This document shows, one piece after another, positions 8,213 through 18,794 of a DNA stretch of 64,000 nucleotides. Both the position numbers and the translations under genes were made by a program. The notes beneath the pieces are model-generated. The model worked only from the letters and a program-made list of their open reading frames with translations, made no database searches and was not told where the DNA came from. Each line of letters begins with the position of its first letter. Position 1 is the first letter of the stretch. This DNA comes from Patescibacteria group bacterium (GTDB taxonomy: Bacteria > Patescibacteriota > Patescibacteriia > 2-12-FULL-60-25), in assembly GCA_023229665.1 (NCBI GenBank), contig JALNYW010000002.1, positions 92,988 to 156,987 on the forward strand. The letters run 5' to 3'.

Positions 8213-9694
8213 TTATTTTTTCTCGAACGGGTTGCTGGTAAACGTGAAGCGCGTGATATGGGCGAGGGCTTGTTCGCGGGTTTTGATGATGCCTTCGTCG
8301 CGCAGGCGTTCCACTTCGGCGATGAGACGCCCCATAAGCGGGCCGGGTTTGATGCCAAGCGCTTCCAAATCACGGCCGTAGAGGAGGGGTTTATGTTCCG
8401 CGGCGTTCAGGATTTTTTCCACGGTCTTCGCAAAGAGATCGCCCGCTTCATACGACTGAGGACGCGAATCCGGCAGCCCGCGACCCAGGTGATCCGACTC
8501 GCTCACCGCCAAATACACGCGCCAGGGGAGCGGCTCGATGCGTTTCAAGAGTTTGCGCACGGCATTGGCATAGGTTTCTTCCGTGAGTTCTTTTTTGTTC
8601 ACCAATTGGCGCATCAGCATGCCGGGTTTGAGGTGCTCTTTCGCGCAGATGATGGCCGCATGGCTGATATTTTCTCCAAACGCGAAGCGTGCCAGGAATG
8701 ATTCCGTCGGCGCGACCCCAGCGTCTTCATGTCCGAGCGAGCGGATGCGCATCACGCCATCTTTGAGTCCTGGGGCCGTGGTGGAAGGCTTGCCGAGATC
8801 GTGGCATAGCGCGCCCAACATCACCTGCAGACGCTCTTCATCCGTATGGAAATCGCGGCGCGAGATGCGGGCGGCCTCATCCACCACCATCATGGTGTGG
8901 ATCCAGACATCGCCTTCGGGATGCCATTCGACTTCTTGCGGCGTATCAATCAAGGCATGGAGTTCCGGGAAATATTTGCGGATAATGCCGAGCTTGCGCA
9001 TGAGTTCAAAGCCGGCCGACGGTTGCGGGGACTTGAGCAGGAGTTTTTTCCATTCATCAGTGATGCGCTCTTTGGAAAGTTCATCTAAGTCGCCGCGGCC
9101 GACCATGAGGCGCATGAGTTCGTTGCTGGCCGGTTCGATCGTGAGATGGAATCGTGCCGCAAATTGGATGCCGCGATAGACGCGCAGGGGATCGTCCACG
9201 AACGTCGAGGGGTCCACGACGCGCAGCCGTTTTTCTTCCAGATCTTTCTGGCCATGGAATGGATCAAAGAGCTCGCCGGAAACCGGGTCGGCGCTCATCG
9301 CATTCATGGTGAAGTCGCGACGGCGTGCGGCTTCGGTCGGATCTAATTCGGGGTCACCGATCACTTCAAAACCTTTATGTCCCGGCCCGGTCTTGGATTC
9401 GCGGCGGGGAATGGCAACGTCTAAATCAAAGCCCTCGCCGAGCGGAATCTTAAAGATGCCGAAGCTGCGGCCCACGGTTTCCACCTTGTCGCCGAAGATT
9501 TTTTTCAAGACGCTTTCCAGCTCCTCGGCCCCGATGCCATAGGTTTCCAGGTCCGCGTCTTTTGATTGGATGCCAAGAATCGCATCACGCACAAACCCAC
9601 CCACAAGCATGGCTTTGGGCACGTGCTCCGTGACCTTACGGGCGGCTTCAAGCAGGCGCGGGTCCTGGTGTTTGAGCGGAATGTGTCGGGCCAT
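8213..9694 (-). CDS. cca: CCA-adding tRNA nucleotidyltransferase with HD domain
   Basis: [21 protein letters not shown] and an HD motif (LCHDLGKP). Lies 7 nt downstream of hflX on the same strand. Confidence 0.85.
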   Translation of the reverse strand: MARHIPLKHQDPRLLEAARKVTEHVPKAMLVGGFVRDAILGIQSKDADLETYGIGAEELESVLKKIFGDKVETVGRSFGIFKIPLGEGFDLDVAIPRRESKTGPGHKGFEVIGDPELDPTEAARRRDFTMNAMSADPVSGELFDPFHGQKDLEEKRLRVVDPSTFVDDPLRVYRGIQFAARFHLTIEPASNELMRLMVGRGDLDELSKERITDEWKKLLLKSPQPSAGFELMRKLGIIRKYFPELHALIDTPQEVEWHPEGDVWIHTMMVVDEAARISRRDFHTDEERLQVMLGALCHDLGKPSTTAPGLKDGVMRIRSLGHEDAGVAPTESFLARFAFGENISHAAIICAKEHLKPGMLMRQLVNKKELTEETYANAVRKLLKRIEPLPWRVYLAVSESDHLGRGLPDSRPQSYEAGDLFAKTVEKILNAAEHKPLLYGRDLEALGIKPGPLMGRLIAEVERLRDEGIIKTREQALAHITRFTFTSNPFEKK

Positions 9695-9701
9695 GTCGTC
9701 C

Positions 9702-10826
9702 TTATGATACCAGTTGCTTGGCGATGAGTTGTTTTAACTCTTCCAAACCTACTCCCGTATGTGCCGAAACGAAGGTCGGGGAGAACGCTTTGTATTCTTT
9801 GGTGAGCTTGGCTTTTGGTACGCGCTTGAGGCGGTCCACTTTGTTAAAGACGTAGAGCTTGGGAATACGGTCGGCTTTCATCTGCTTCAAGACTTCTTCG
9901 ACTTCAACGATTTTTTCGTTTACATACGGATCGCTGACATCGATGACGTGGAGCAAGAGATCCGCATCCACAGTTTCATCCAAGGTGGAACGGAACGCAT
10001 CAATCAATTGCGGCGGCAGGTCTTGGATAAAGCCGATCGTGTCTGACAAAAGCACCTCACGCTCACCGGTCCAGAGTTTGCCGACACGCGTATCGAGCGT
10101 GGCGAAGAGCGCATCGGCCACATACGCGCCTTTTTTGGTGAGTGCGTTCAACAGCGATGATTTTCCGGCATTCGTATAGCCGACAATGGACACGGTTTTG
10201 AGTCCGACGCGATCACGGTGCGCGCGATGGCCGGAACGTGACACGGCCACGCGATCCAGTTCTTTCTTGGTGTGCTGTTCCTGCTGGAAAAGGTGGCGTT
10301 TCATCATTTCCGTATTCGATTCACCCGCGCCGGCACGACCGCCGATCCCACCGGCCTGCTGCATCATTTCCGAACCCATGCCGAAAATACGCGGACCCAT
10401 GTGGCGGATGGCTGCGAGTTTGATTTGGAGTTTGGCTTCGGCGGTTTTGGCGTGTTTGGAAAAGATTTTGAGGATCAAATCCACGCGGTCCCAAACTTGC
10501 ATCTTCAATTTTGCGTCGCGAAGCGCTTCATCCACCTTAAACATCTGTCCCGGCTTCAAAAGATTGTTGATGATGAGCACTTCCGCTTTTTCTTTGCGCG
10601 CGAGTTCGGCGATTTCTTCCAACTTTCCCGAACCGATATAAGTCCGATAATCAGGCACGCCTTTTTTCTGGATGAGTTTCACGATGATGATCCCGCCATA
10701 GGTTCCAACCAGCGACTCAAGCTCAAGCAAGCGGCGTTCCGCTTCCGCTTTTGGCATGGTGGGTGGGATGACATCAATCAGGATGGCCCTGGGTTTTAGG
10801 GGGATTTTGGGCATAGGGTTATTCAA
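9702..10826 (-). CDS. hflX: GTPase HflX
   Basis: HflX N-domain, G1 GYTNAGKSSLLNALT, G3 DTIGFI. TTG start at 10826 or ATG at 10814. Confidence 0.9.
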   Translation of the reverse strand: MNNPMPKIPLKPRAILIDVIPPTMPKAEAERRLLELESLVGTYGGIIIVKLIQKKGVPDYRTYIGSGKLEEIAELARKEKAEVLIINNLLKPGQMFKVDEALRDAKLKMQVWDRVDLILKIFSKHAKTAEAKLQIKLAAIRHMGPRIFGMGSEMMQQAGGIGGRAGAGESNTEMMKRHLFQQEQHTKKELDRVAVSRSGHRAHRDRVGLKTVSIVGYTNAGKSSLLNALTKKGAYVADALFATLDTRVGKLWTGEREVLLSDTIGFIQDLPPQLIDAFRSTLDETVDADLLLHVIDVSDPYVNEKIVEVEEVLKQMKADRIPKLYVFNKVDRLKRVPKAKLTKEYKAFSPTFVSAHTGVGLEELKQLIAKQLVS

Positions 10827-10964
10827 TCATGGGAATAGAAAAACGGGCTATAGCGAAACGCACGGATTGCCGTGTGCGTTTGCCATGCCCGGATTTAGCG
10901 GATCATGAGGAAAAGATAGCGTTTCATTTGGACTTTGGCAAGAAAAAGACCCCGCGTGGCGGGA

Positions 10965-11207
10965 TCAGGAGTCGGGCTCGTCCTTGCGGAGGAGCGTCAT
11001 GCCCTGGGTGATCTCGCCGCGCTCGAAGGCGTGGCGGGACTCCATGCGCTGCAACGTACCGCCGGTACTCTTGCGTTCGCGTGCGGCTTTGAGTTCCGCA
11101 CGCTGTTCTCTCAGGAGCCGGATCCTGCGGACGCGTCGCATCACCGCGGTGGCGGTGACGACGACCACGAACAGGATCAAAAGGAACGTCTCGAACTGCA
11201 TCGTCAC
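10965..11207 (-). CDS. small single-pass membrane protein (80 aa)
   Basis: AAGGAGGTG SD 4 nt upstream. N-terminal TM FLLILFVVVVTATAV, then a basic helical tail. Terminator GATCCCGCcacgCGGGGTC-T5 downstream. Confidence 0.45.
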   Translation of the reverse strand: MTMQFETFLLILFVVVVTATAVMRRVRRIRLLREQRAELKAARERKSTGGTLQRMESRHAFERGEITQGMTLLRKDEPDS

Positions 11208-11264
11208 CTCCTTGCATTCCTACCAAACCAAGCCAAACGTGTTTCGTCAAAAAAACCGCCCTCA

Positions 11265-11462
11265 TCAAGCGGCGGCAGGGGGATCGGACCCGCTCGAGCT
11301 GGGCGGGTTCGAGGGCGTGGGAGGCGGCGGCCGCTTCGATGGGCTCGGAATCCGGAGGATATCCTCCCATCTCGGCGGATACTGGCGCATGGCCACGATC
11401 ATCATGGCGACGTTCAGGGCCACGAACGCAAAAACGCACAAACCGACCAATAACCATTCCAT
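11265..11462 (-). CDS. small single-pass membrane protein with Pro-rich tail (65 aa)
   Basis: GAGGT SD-like element. TM LLVGLCVFAFVALNVAMMIVA, then PPPPTPSNPPSSS. Confidence 0.4.
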   Translation of the reverse strand: MEWLLVGLCVFAFVALNVAMMIVAMRQYPPRWEDILRIPSPSKRPPPPTPSNPPSSSGSDPPAAA

Positions 11463-11580
11463 GCTGACCTCGCATGCTTACCGCACCATATTTGAGGAAG
11501 ATGATCAAGCCCTTGACGTCCGGTCCTGAAAAGGGAACGTGGTAGAGAGAGGGGAGAGAAAACCCCAGAAGGAGGTTCCT

Positions 11581-12399
11581 ATGGAAAAGAGCTGGTTTTG
11601 GTTGGTCTTCGTATGCACGTGGCTCATGCAGGGCTGCGTCGTGTCCGAGGGCGGTTTTTCCGATGCCGGCATGCCGGCCGACGCCTCGCCGAACGCCGTT
11701 CGACCGGTGTTCAGCCATCCGACGCTTGAGCCGGACGTGCCGGAGCTGTCGCTTCGGCCCGCTCCCGAACCGGAGTGGCGGCCGAGCTGGCACCCGCAGG
11801 GCACGTTGCTGGTGGATGCGGCCGGCGATCTCTGGATGGTGGGCGAGCACGAGACGCGTCTGCCGGTTTCCGGCGATGACACGCTCGGCTACGTGAGCCT
11901 CGACGAGCACGACGCGATCCCGATGTCGCTCGACGAGGAGCGCTGCCTCGTTCCGGACGAGAGCCGCTACTGGGGTCCCGGAAACTTTGCCTGGTGGCCT
12001 GTCTATGGGCCGAGCGAAGAAGAGCGCGGGCCGTTCATCCTGGACGGGGAACACTTCGTCCGCCGTCCCGTCGCCCATGAAGTCCTCGAGAGCTGGGGCT
12101 ACTACTGGAGATGGATGGACTACTTCGATGGCGGAGAAGATGAGTGGCTCTCCTACAGGTTCGAAGACGATCCCGTCCCGTTCCGTGACGGTTCGCTCGC
12201 GCGGACCGAGCTTGGCACGTACTACTTGCTGCACGGTCGCGCGTATCTCTTCCGTCCGGCCGGGCTTGCGCTCGAGGCCGGATACCGTGAAGAGGACATG
12301 CAGATGATGAGCGAGACGCGCCTGCGCGAGCTCGCCATCGTCACCACGTCTTTCACGCGCGAGACCTTCGGGAGCTGTCCCTCGGACATAGCTCCCTGA
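11581..12399 (+). CDS. hypothetical lipoprotein (272 aa)
   Basis: AGAAGGAGG SD. Signal peptide with LMQGC lipobox. Trp/acidic-rich, high GC3. No known domain. Confidence 0.55.
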   Translation: MEKSWFWLVFVCTWLMQGCVVSEGGFSDAGMPADASPNAVRPVFSHPTLEPDVPELSLRPAPEPEWRPSWHPQGTLLVDAAGDLWMVGEHETRLPVSGDDTLGYVSLDEHDAIPMSLDEERCLVPDESRYWGPGNFAWWPVYGPSEEERGPFILDGEHFVRRPVAHEVLESWGYYWRWMDYFDGGEDEWLSYRFEDDPVPFRDGSLARTELGTYYLLHGRAYLFRPAGLALEAGYREEDMQMMSETRLRELAIVTTSFTRETFGSCPSDIAP

Positions 12400-12464
12400 T
12401 CCCCTGATCTCGACAAATGTCGGGATTTTTTTTAAAACGTGGTCAGCACCATTAAGGAGGAAGT

Positions 12465-12815
12465 ATGTTCAAGGCCATTCGTAAGTGGTGGAGCGATCGC
12501 AAACAACCGTCGATCGAGCCGGAGCCGCTTCCGGTAGACGAAGAGCTCCTGAAGCTTCTCGACGATACGATGAATGCCGAAGATCGGGCCCTGCGCCTTT
12601 ACTACCAGCTCGCGAAACGTGAGCGACGTGGCGAAAAGATTCCGCTTCGGGAAGTCTGGCGACAGCTTCAGCTTATCTCGCCTTTGATCGGCAAGTATGA
12701 GACAGGCTGCCGTCTCATCGACGAGAAGATCGGCTTCGAAAAGAAACATCAGGCGGTGCGTCTGATCGCCTCCCGCCGCCAGCTCAAAAAGCTCAAGATC
12801 GCTGCCGCCCCTTAG
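12465..12815 (+). CDS. hypothetical protein (116 aa)
   Basis: TAAGGAGG SD 6 nt upstream of the ATG. Charged helical protein. The antisense 135-aa ORF has no start signals. Confidence 0.5.
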   Translation: MFKAIRKWWSDRKQPSIEPEPLPVDEELLKLLDDTMNAEDRALRLYYQLAKRERRGEKIPLREVWRQLQLISPLIGKYETGCRLIDEKIGFEKKHQAVRLIASRRQLKKLKIAAAP

Positions 12816-12909
12816 GCGGCTTTTTCTTGCCCAAAGCAAAGAACCCGCTTAAGGTTCAATGCGATATATCATTATATATAGGTGTGTTAAGCTACCGTCA
12901 TCCAAGCCC

Positions 12910-13476
12910 ATGAAAAACGTTACTGAAGTGGAGCTCCAACTTGAAAAGGAGCTTCTCGCCAGGGCCAAGGAGAACCCCGCGGTGGTCGCCGAAATTTACG
13001 ACCGTTACGCGGATAGGCTCTACGGGTTCCTGCTCAAACGCTCCGGCCATAAAGAAACGGCCGAAGATTTGGTCTCGCGCGTCTTCATAAAATTTATGGA
13101 GGCGTTGCCGAATATCGAATGGCAAGGCGTCTCGCTCGGCGCGTATTTGTACCGCAGCGCGTCGAACGCCTTGATTGACCATTGGCGCAGCGCGAGCGTC
13201 CGCATGGACCGCGAGCTTGATGAAAATTTTGATGCGCCTATTACGGAGAACGATCCATCCTGGCACGCGGAACTCGTGCTCGAAAAAGACAAGCTGCTGA
13301 GCGCGATGAAGACTCTGGCGCCGCGCGACCAGCAAGTGCTCGACTTGCGGTTCTTTGGCGGCCTTGAGCCGGATGAAATCGCCGCCATGCTCGGCATCAG
13401 TCCGAACCATGCATCCGTCCTTTGTTATCGAGCTATCGGCCGATTGCGCAAGCACTACGCCATCCCCACCGTATGA
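12910..13476 (+). CDS. ECF-type RNA polymerase sigma factor
   Basis: Sigma-70 region 2 (YDRYADRLYGFLLKRSGHKETAEDLVSRVF) and region 4 (LAPRDQQVLDLRFFGGLEPDEIAAMLGISPNHASVLCYRAIGRLRK). Confidence 0.85.
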   Translation: MKNVTEVELQLEKELLARAKENPAVVAEIYDRYADRLYGFLLKRSGHKETAEDLVSRVFIKFMEALPNIEWQGVSLGAYLYRSASNALIDHWRSASVRMDRELDENFDAPITENDPSWHAELVLEKDKLLSAMKTLAPRDQQVLDLRFFGGLEPDEIAAMLGISPNHASVLCYRAIGRLRKHYAIPTV

Positions 13477-16400
13477 ACGACTTCCTCCACCCCAAACAAG
13501 ATATGACCCCGCCGATTCCGGAAGGGTCGGACCGTCATGCCCCGGTTCCGAAGCCGTTGCAAGAAGCGGCTGACGTCATTTCTTCCATCGCCGATGAGTC
13601 GTCCGAGCCGATGGCTTCCGGCGTGAAGATGCGTCAACGCGCGGCTTTGCTCGCGCATGCCGAACAACTTAAACCGTCTTCTTCTCCTTCCGTTATGCCG
13701 TCTCCCGAGTCCGCCAAGCCCAAGAAAGTCGCCGCCCATCACCCCTGGCGCGGATTTAGCCTCGGTTTTGCCGGGGTATTGGCCGCCGTGGCTTTGGTTC
13801 TGGTTTTTGTCAGTCCGAACGGGCTGACCCCGTTGCCGGGTACGCGTCCGCTCGCGAACGCGCTTTCGATTCCCGCCGCCCATGCCGGGGACGCCTTCCT
13901 GCTCGTGGCGGATAATTCAGATGCGTCCGGCGTCGCCTCGGATTCCACGCTCACCATCACTTCCAAGGTGGATATATCGCCGGAAGTGCTGAAGCAGTCT
14001 TTGCGTATTGAACCGCCGCTCGAGGTGGATGTCGTGAAAGAAGGGGAGGGTACGTATAAGGTCACGCCGAAACAGGATCTTGAGCCGGGCGAAACCTATC
14101 GCGTGAGCATTGAGACCTTGGTCGACAAGGAAGACGGCACCCGGTTGCGCCGCGAATTCTCGTGGGCGCTCCAGGCGAAGAACGACATGCGCGTCCTTTC
14201 GACCATCCCGCGCGATGGCAGCGCCTTTGTGCCGACGACGACCGGCATCGAATTCAAATTGTCCCGTGACGGATGGACCGACGCGACTTCTTCGTTCTCG
14301 ATCGTGCCGAATGTCCCGGGCCGTTTCGAGTCGCGCGGCCGCTATCTCACGTTTATTCCGACGCTGCCGTTTGAAGCCGGCCGCCGTTTTGAAGTCACGT
14401 TGAAAAAAGGATTTGGAGGCGGTCCCGGCGATGCCGGATTGGCGGAAGATGCGCGCATCCGTTTTGAGACGGCCGTCGCCCAGCCGACGGGTCCGAATGC
14501 TAACCAGCCGCCCATGTTCTCGGTGAGCGAATTCCAGGAAAAATCGCCGAACGAGGCTTGGTTGCTTGACCTTGGATATACCGATTCACGCAGCGCCGGT
14601 ACGGCCATGAAAGCCGAAATCATCGGGTATCGCCTGGACGCGAATGAAGCCAAGCGTTTGCTCCAAGATCGTTTGAAGATTCCGACCTGGGCTCCGGTGG
14701 AAGCCGGTCGGTTTGAGGCGTACGAAAAAACGAACAAGACGGAAGCCTTCCGTGCCGAGGCTGACACGGTGGTTACGAATTATCAGCGCCAAGTGAGCAT
14801 GCCGGCCGCTCCGGCAGGTTTCTATGCCGTGCGCGTGACCCCAAAAACGGCCACGGCCGGCAAGCCGACCTGGATGTTCCTCCAGCTTACCGATGTGGCC
14901 GCGTATTTGATCGCGGATGAAAAGCGTTTCTTCGTGTGGAGCGTGAATCCGACCACGAACCGTCCGCTTTCCAATTTGCGCGTCCGTTTGTCCGGCCAGG
15001 ACAAGCGCACCGACGAGCGCGGCTTGGTCGAATTGCAGACCCCGTCAATTTTACTCGCGACCACGACCCAGGCGGGCGACGTCTATCCGTATGAACTCAC
15101 CGAGTACGGCGATGAAGGTACGGCCACCCAAGCCTTCGGGATCGTGCGCAAGACGTATGATGGGTACTGGTTCGAGCTCGGGAACCGCGACGCGGGCATC
15201 TCGAAGACCTGGGGATACCTGTATCTCGACCGACCGTTGTATCGCACGCAGGATGAATTGAAGTTGTTCGGACTCGCGCAGGACCGTGACTCGCGCCAGA
15301 GCGGCGGCGACATTGAAGTACGTTTGCGCAAGAGTTCGTATTGGATTGATTGGGGTACGGGACGCGAAAAAGTCTATCAGAGCAAAACCGTACGTCCCGA
15401 TGCGGCCGGCCGTTTTGACGCGTCCTTCAATTGGAATGAGCTTGCCCAGGGGTATTACTCGGTCGAAGTCCGCCGCGGCACCGAAACGGTCGCCTCGCGC
15501 AGCTTCGAAGTGCGCGAATTCGCCAAACCGGCCTACGCGCTTTCCGTCGTCATGGACAAGGAAGAGCTCTTCGACGGCGAACAGATTTCCGGCACGCTCA
15601 AGGCCTCGTTTTTCGAAGGCACGCCCATGTCCAAGCTGCGCGTGAAGCTTAACTGGGATGGCGGCCAGACCACGGTTGAAACCGATGAAGCCGGCATGGT
15701 CCGCTTTACGGTTCCGTATCGCATGCCTGTTTGCGCCTCGCCGTCCGTGAGCCGCACCTCTTTTTGTCCGGCGACGGTTTGGTTGAATGTAAATGCCGTC
15801 CCCGAAGAAGGGGAGGAAGGTCAGGTGGTTGGCACCGGCACGGTCGTGGTCCAGCGCAGCGAAGCCGGCGTGACCCTGAATGCCCGCGCCGATCAAAATA
15901 ATGCGACCGTAACCGGGAACGTATGGCGTCGCATCTTGGGCAAAATGGATACCGACCGCTCCCAAGCGTGGGCGAACCGCGCCGTTTCCCTCTATATTTA
16001 TGGCCGTCGTTGGGAGCGTGTCCAAACCGGTTTCCGCTACGACCCGATCGAGAAGGTGCAGGTTCCGGTCTATCGCTATGAAGAACGTTGGGACGCGCCC
16101 GTGACGGCCCAGCTCACCACCGATGCGCGCGGCAATTTCACGCATATCTTCCCGGTGGATGATACGCGCGATTATTACCTGATTACCGAAACGCGCGACG
16201 ATAAGAATCGCGTCTCCGAATCCCGTACCTGGGTCTATCCGGGTTCTTGGGGCGGAGTATCGCGCCCGATGCCTTCCGATACGGGCGTCGTGGATGTGTA
16301 TCCGCGCCTTGAACTTACGCCCAAGCCTCCGGAGGGCGGTCCGTATGGATACGGCCTCGGCGAAGAAGTGACGGCGACCTATCTCATGGGGAACCAGCCC

Positions 16401-18794
16401 ATCGAGGTCGCGAAGACGCCGGGTATCTTATTCCTGGTCGGGAGCCGCGGGCTCCGTTCGGTGAACGTACAGAATACGGCGGACATGAAATTCCGTTTCG
16501 ACCAGAATCTCGTTCCGAACGCCGAGGTCCGCGCCATCACGTGGGTGAATGGCCACTTCGAGCCGGTGCAGGCGACGGCGGAATACCGCCGTGAGGAAAA
16601 GAGCGTGGTGATCGAAGCGACGCCGCGGAAGACCGCCTATGCTCCGGGAGAAACCGTCGAAGTGGATGTGACGGCCCGTTTGAAGTCGAATAATGCGCCC
16701 GCTCGCGACACCGTGGTGGCGTTCGGCGCGGTGGACAAGGCGCTTCTCGCCATCAGCTATGACGAAAAAGCGTCGCCGCTCGATTCGATATACGGATATG
16801 TGGCGGACGGCGTGATTTTCACTTCGCGCTTGCATGATGAAGCCTATGACGGCTTTGGCGGCGCGGAAAAAGGCGGGGGAGGCGGCGACGCCGCGCGTCT
16901 CGCGAACCAAGTCCGCAAGAATTTTAAGGATACGGCAGCCTTTGGCACGGTCGTAACCGATGGCGATGGAAAAGCGACGCTTCGCTTTACGGCTCCGGAC
17001 AATATTACAGGTTGGCGTCTCGAATTGGTCGGCGTATCCGCCCAGCTTGAAGCCGGTGCCGGCCGCACGGACGTGAACGTGACCAAGCCCGTCTTCGTGG
17101 ACGTGGTTGCTCCTCCGCGCTTGCTTACGAATGACAAGCCGTTCCTGAAACTGCGTGCCTATGGCGCCGGCTTGGCGACGGGGGATGCGGTCACTTACAC
17201 CGTCAAAGCGCCGACGCTCGGCATTGACCAGCAGGTTCCGGGTCGCGCCGGCGAATCCATTTCGGTCGGCATCTCGAAGTTGGTGGATGGCCGCCATCCG
17301 ATCACGATCTCGATCACCTCCGCCAAGGGCACGGATGCGATCGAGCGCACGGTGACGGTTGTTCCGTCGCGTTTCCTGCGCGATGAGTTCGCCCGCGTGG
17401 ATGCCGCTCCGGGCTCAAGCTTGCCGGATATCGGCCGCCCTGAAGCGACCATCCAATTCATCCCGCAAAACCGCGCCGCGCTCCAGCCGTTGGCTTATGA
17501 TCTTTTGAAGCCGGGTTCGAGCCGTTCCGATGCCTTATTGACGACGCGCCTGGCCGCCAAGTTGTTGCGCGAAGAGTTCAAGGTGAATGACCGTTGGTGG
17601 GGCGATTGGCTGCCGCAAGACGCGGACCTCGCGACGCGCCTGGCCGATTATCAGGATGAAGCCGGCGGCATGCGCCTCGTGACCTACGGAACTTCGGATC
17701 TCGAATTATCCGCCGAAATCGCCGCCACCGTTCCCGAATATGTGGACAGCAACAGTCTCGCCGGATATTTCTGGTCGACACTTGATTCCAAAACCGCCAG
17801 CCGTGAAGTACAAATCCAGGCTCTGGCGGGTCTCGCTTCGCTTGGCGAACCTGTCCTTCCTTCCCTTCAGGCGGCTGCGGCGATTCCGGAACTCGGTTGG
17901 CGCGAACAGCTCGCGATCGCGCGCGGCCTCGAAGCCGCGGGGGACCGTGAACGCGCCCGTGGATTGCTTGAAGCGTTGCTGTCCAAGGCGGAACGTCGCG
18001 ATGAGCTGACCTTCCTCAAGGTTTCCGACCGTGAAGCCGATGTCTATGAAGCCACGGCGGATGCGGCCGGCATCGCGGCGCGTCTCGCGCATCCGGAGGC
18101 GGACAATCTCTCACGCTATGTCGAGACGAACTGGGTCGAGGACGCGTTCCCGGTTCTCGCGAAAGCTCGTTACTTGAAAGCGGTGCTGCCGACGCGCGCG
18201 AACCGCGACATCGTGCTCGCGTATACCTTAGGCGAAGGGGAGAGCGTGCTCACCTTTAAGGAGGGAGCGGTCCAGTCCATTGACTTGACCCGCGAAGAGG
18301 CCGCCAACTTCCGCGTGACGCGCGTGGACGGTCCGATTGCCATGACCTTCATCCGCCGCGCCGCCGGCCGCCCGACTTCCAAACCGGAACTCGCCGTGTC
18401 GCGTCGCTACGAAGCCTCTAAGCCGCTCGCGGACTTGAAGGAAGGCGATGCGGTCCGCGTCATCCTCACGCCGGAATGGAAGGCGAATGCCCAGGATGGC
18501 TGCTACGCGGTCCGTGACCATATGCCGGGCGCGTTCCAGGCCGTCGTTGGTTGGGGCGCTTCCGAGGCTTATGGCCTGCAGGACGGCCGTTCCAGCTGGT
18601 ATACGTCTCTGGTCGAGGACGGCGAAGTGACGTTCACCGCCTGCAAGTATGGGACGTGGCGCGATATGCCCATCAGTTATACGGCCCGCGTGGTTACGCG
18701 CGGCACGTACACGGCCGAAGCTCCGGTCATCCAGCACGAACAGTTCCCGTCGGTCGCCGCCGTCGGTACGGATCTCACCATTGAAATCAAATGA
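13473..18794 (+). CDS. membrane-anchored alpha-2-macroglobulin-family giant protein (1773 aa), thioester motif absent
   Basis: ATGA overlap with the sigma-factor stop. Cytoplasmic N-terminal ~110 aa, then TM FSLGFAGVLAAVALVLVFV, then Ig/MG-like repeats. A2M hallmark RKNFKDTAAFGTVVTDGDGKATLRFTAPDNITGWRLELVGVS. C-terminal DHMPGAFQ. No CxEQ motif. Confidence 0.8.
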   Translation: MNDFLHPKQDMTPPIPEGSDRHAPVPKPLQEAADVISSIADESSEPMASGVKMRQRAALLAHAEQLKPSSSPSVMPSPESAKPKKVAAHHPWRGFSLGFAGVLAAVALVLVFVSPNGLTPLPGTRPLANALSIPAAHAGDAFLLVADNSDASGVASDSTLTITSKVDISPEVLKQSLRIEPPLEVDVVKEGEGTYKVTPKQDLEPGETYRVSIETLVDKEDGTRLRREFSWALQAKNDMRVLSTIPRDGSAFVPTTTGIEFKLSRDGWTDATSSFSIVPNVPGRFESRGRYLTFIPTLPFEAGRRFEVTLKKGFGGGPGDAGLAEDARIRFETAVAQPTGPNANQPPMFSVSEFQEKSPNEAWLLDLGYTDSRSAGTAMKAEIIGYRLDANEAKRLLQDRLKIPTWAPVEAGRFEAYEKTNKTEAFRAEADTVVTNYQRQVSMPAAPAGFYAVRVTPKTATAGKPTWMFLQLTDVAAYLIADEKRFFVWSVNPTTNRPLSNLRVRLSGQDKRTDERGLVELQTPSILLATTTQAGDVYPYELTEYGDEGTATQAFGIVRKTYDGYWFELGNRDAGISKTWGYLYLDRPLYRTQDELKLFGLAQDRDSRQSGGDIEVRLRKSSYWIDWGTGREKVYQSKTVRPDAAGRFDASFNWNELAQGYYSVEVRRGTETVASRSFEVREFAKPAYALSVVMDKEELFDGEQISGTLKASFFEGTPMSKLRVKLNWDGGQTTVETDEAGMVRFTVPYRMPVCASPSVSRTSFCPATVWLNVNAVPEEGEEGQVVGTGTVVVQRSEAGVTLNARADQNNATVTGNVWRRILGKMDTDRSQAWANRAVSLYIYGRRWERVQTGFRYDPIEKVQVPVYRYEERWDAPVTAQLTTDARGNFTHIFPVDDTRDYYLITETRDDKNRVSESRTWVYPGSWGGVSRPMPSDTGVVDVYPRLELTPKPPEGGPYGYGLGEEVTATYLMGNQPIEVAKTPGILFLVGSRGLRSVNVQNTADMKFRFDQNLVPNAEVRAITWVNGHFEPVQATAEYRREEKSVVIEATPRKTAYAPGETVEVDVTARLKSNNAPARDTVVAFGAVDKALLAISYDEKASPLDSIYGYVADGVIFTSRLHDEAYDGFGGAEKGGGGGDAARLANQVRKNFKDTAAFGTVVTDGDGKATLRFTAPDNITGWRLELVGVSAQLEAGAGRTDVNVTKPVFVDVVAPPRLLTNDKPFLKLRAYGAGLATGDAVTYTVKAPTLGIDQQVPGRAGESISVGISKLVDGRHPITISITSAKGTDAIERTVTVVPSRFLRDEFARVDAAPGSSLPDIGRPEATIQFIPQNRAALQPLAYDLLKPGSSRSDALLTTRLAAKLLREEFKVNDRWWGDWLPQDADLATRLADYQDEAGGMRLVTYGTSDLELSAEIAATVPEYVDSNSLAGYFWSTLDSKTASREVQIQALAGLASLGEPVLPSLQAAAAIPELGWREQLAIARGLEAAGDRERARGLLEALLSKAERRDELTFLKVSDREADVYEATADAAGIAARLAHPEADNLSRYVETNWVEDAFPVLAKARYLKAVLPTRANRDIVLAYTLGEGESVLTFKEGAVQSIDLTREEAANFRVTRVDGPIAMTFIRRAAGRPTSKPELAVSRRYEASKPLADLKEGDAVRVILTPEWKANAQDGCYAVRDHMPGAFQAVVGWGASEAYGLQDGRSSWYTSLVEDGEVTFTACKYGTWRDMPISYTARVVTRGTYTAEAPVIQHEQFPSVAAVGTDLTIEIK

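Noticed and set aside
10924-12234. 436-aa minus-strand ORF across the small-ORF region and antisense to the lipoprotein gene
   Set aside because: No SD or promoter and a low-complexity translation. The SD-led ORFs at 10965, 11265 (minus strand) and 11581 (plus strand) explain the region better.
15051-16145. 364-aa minus-strand ORF inside the A2M-like gene. Similar antisense ORFs lie at 51149-52342 (inside thrS), 55796-56917 (inside infC-rplT) and 25070-25672 (inside ndk).
   Set aside because: All are antisense to genes with strong family signatures, and none has start signals.
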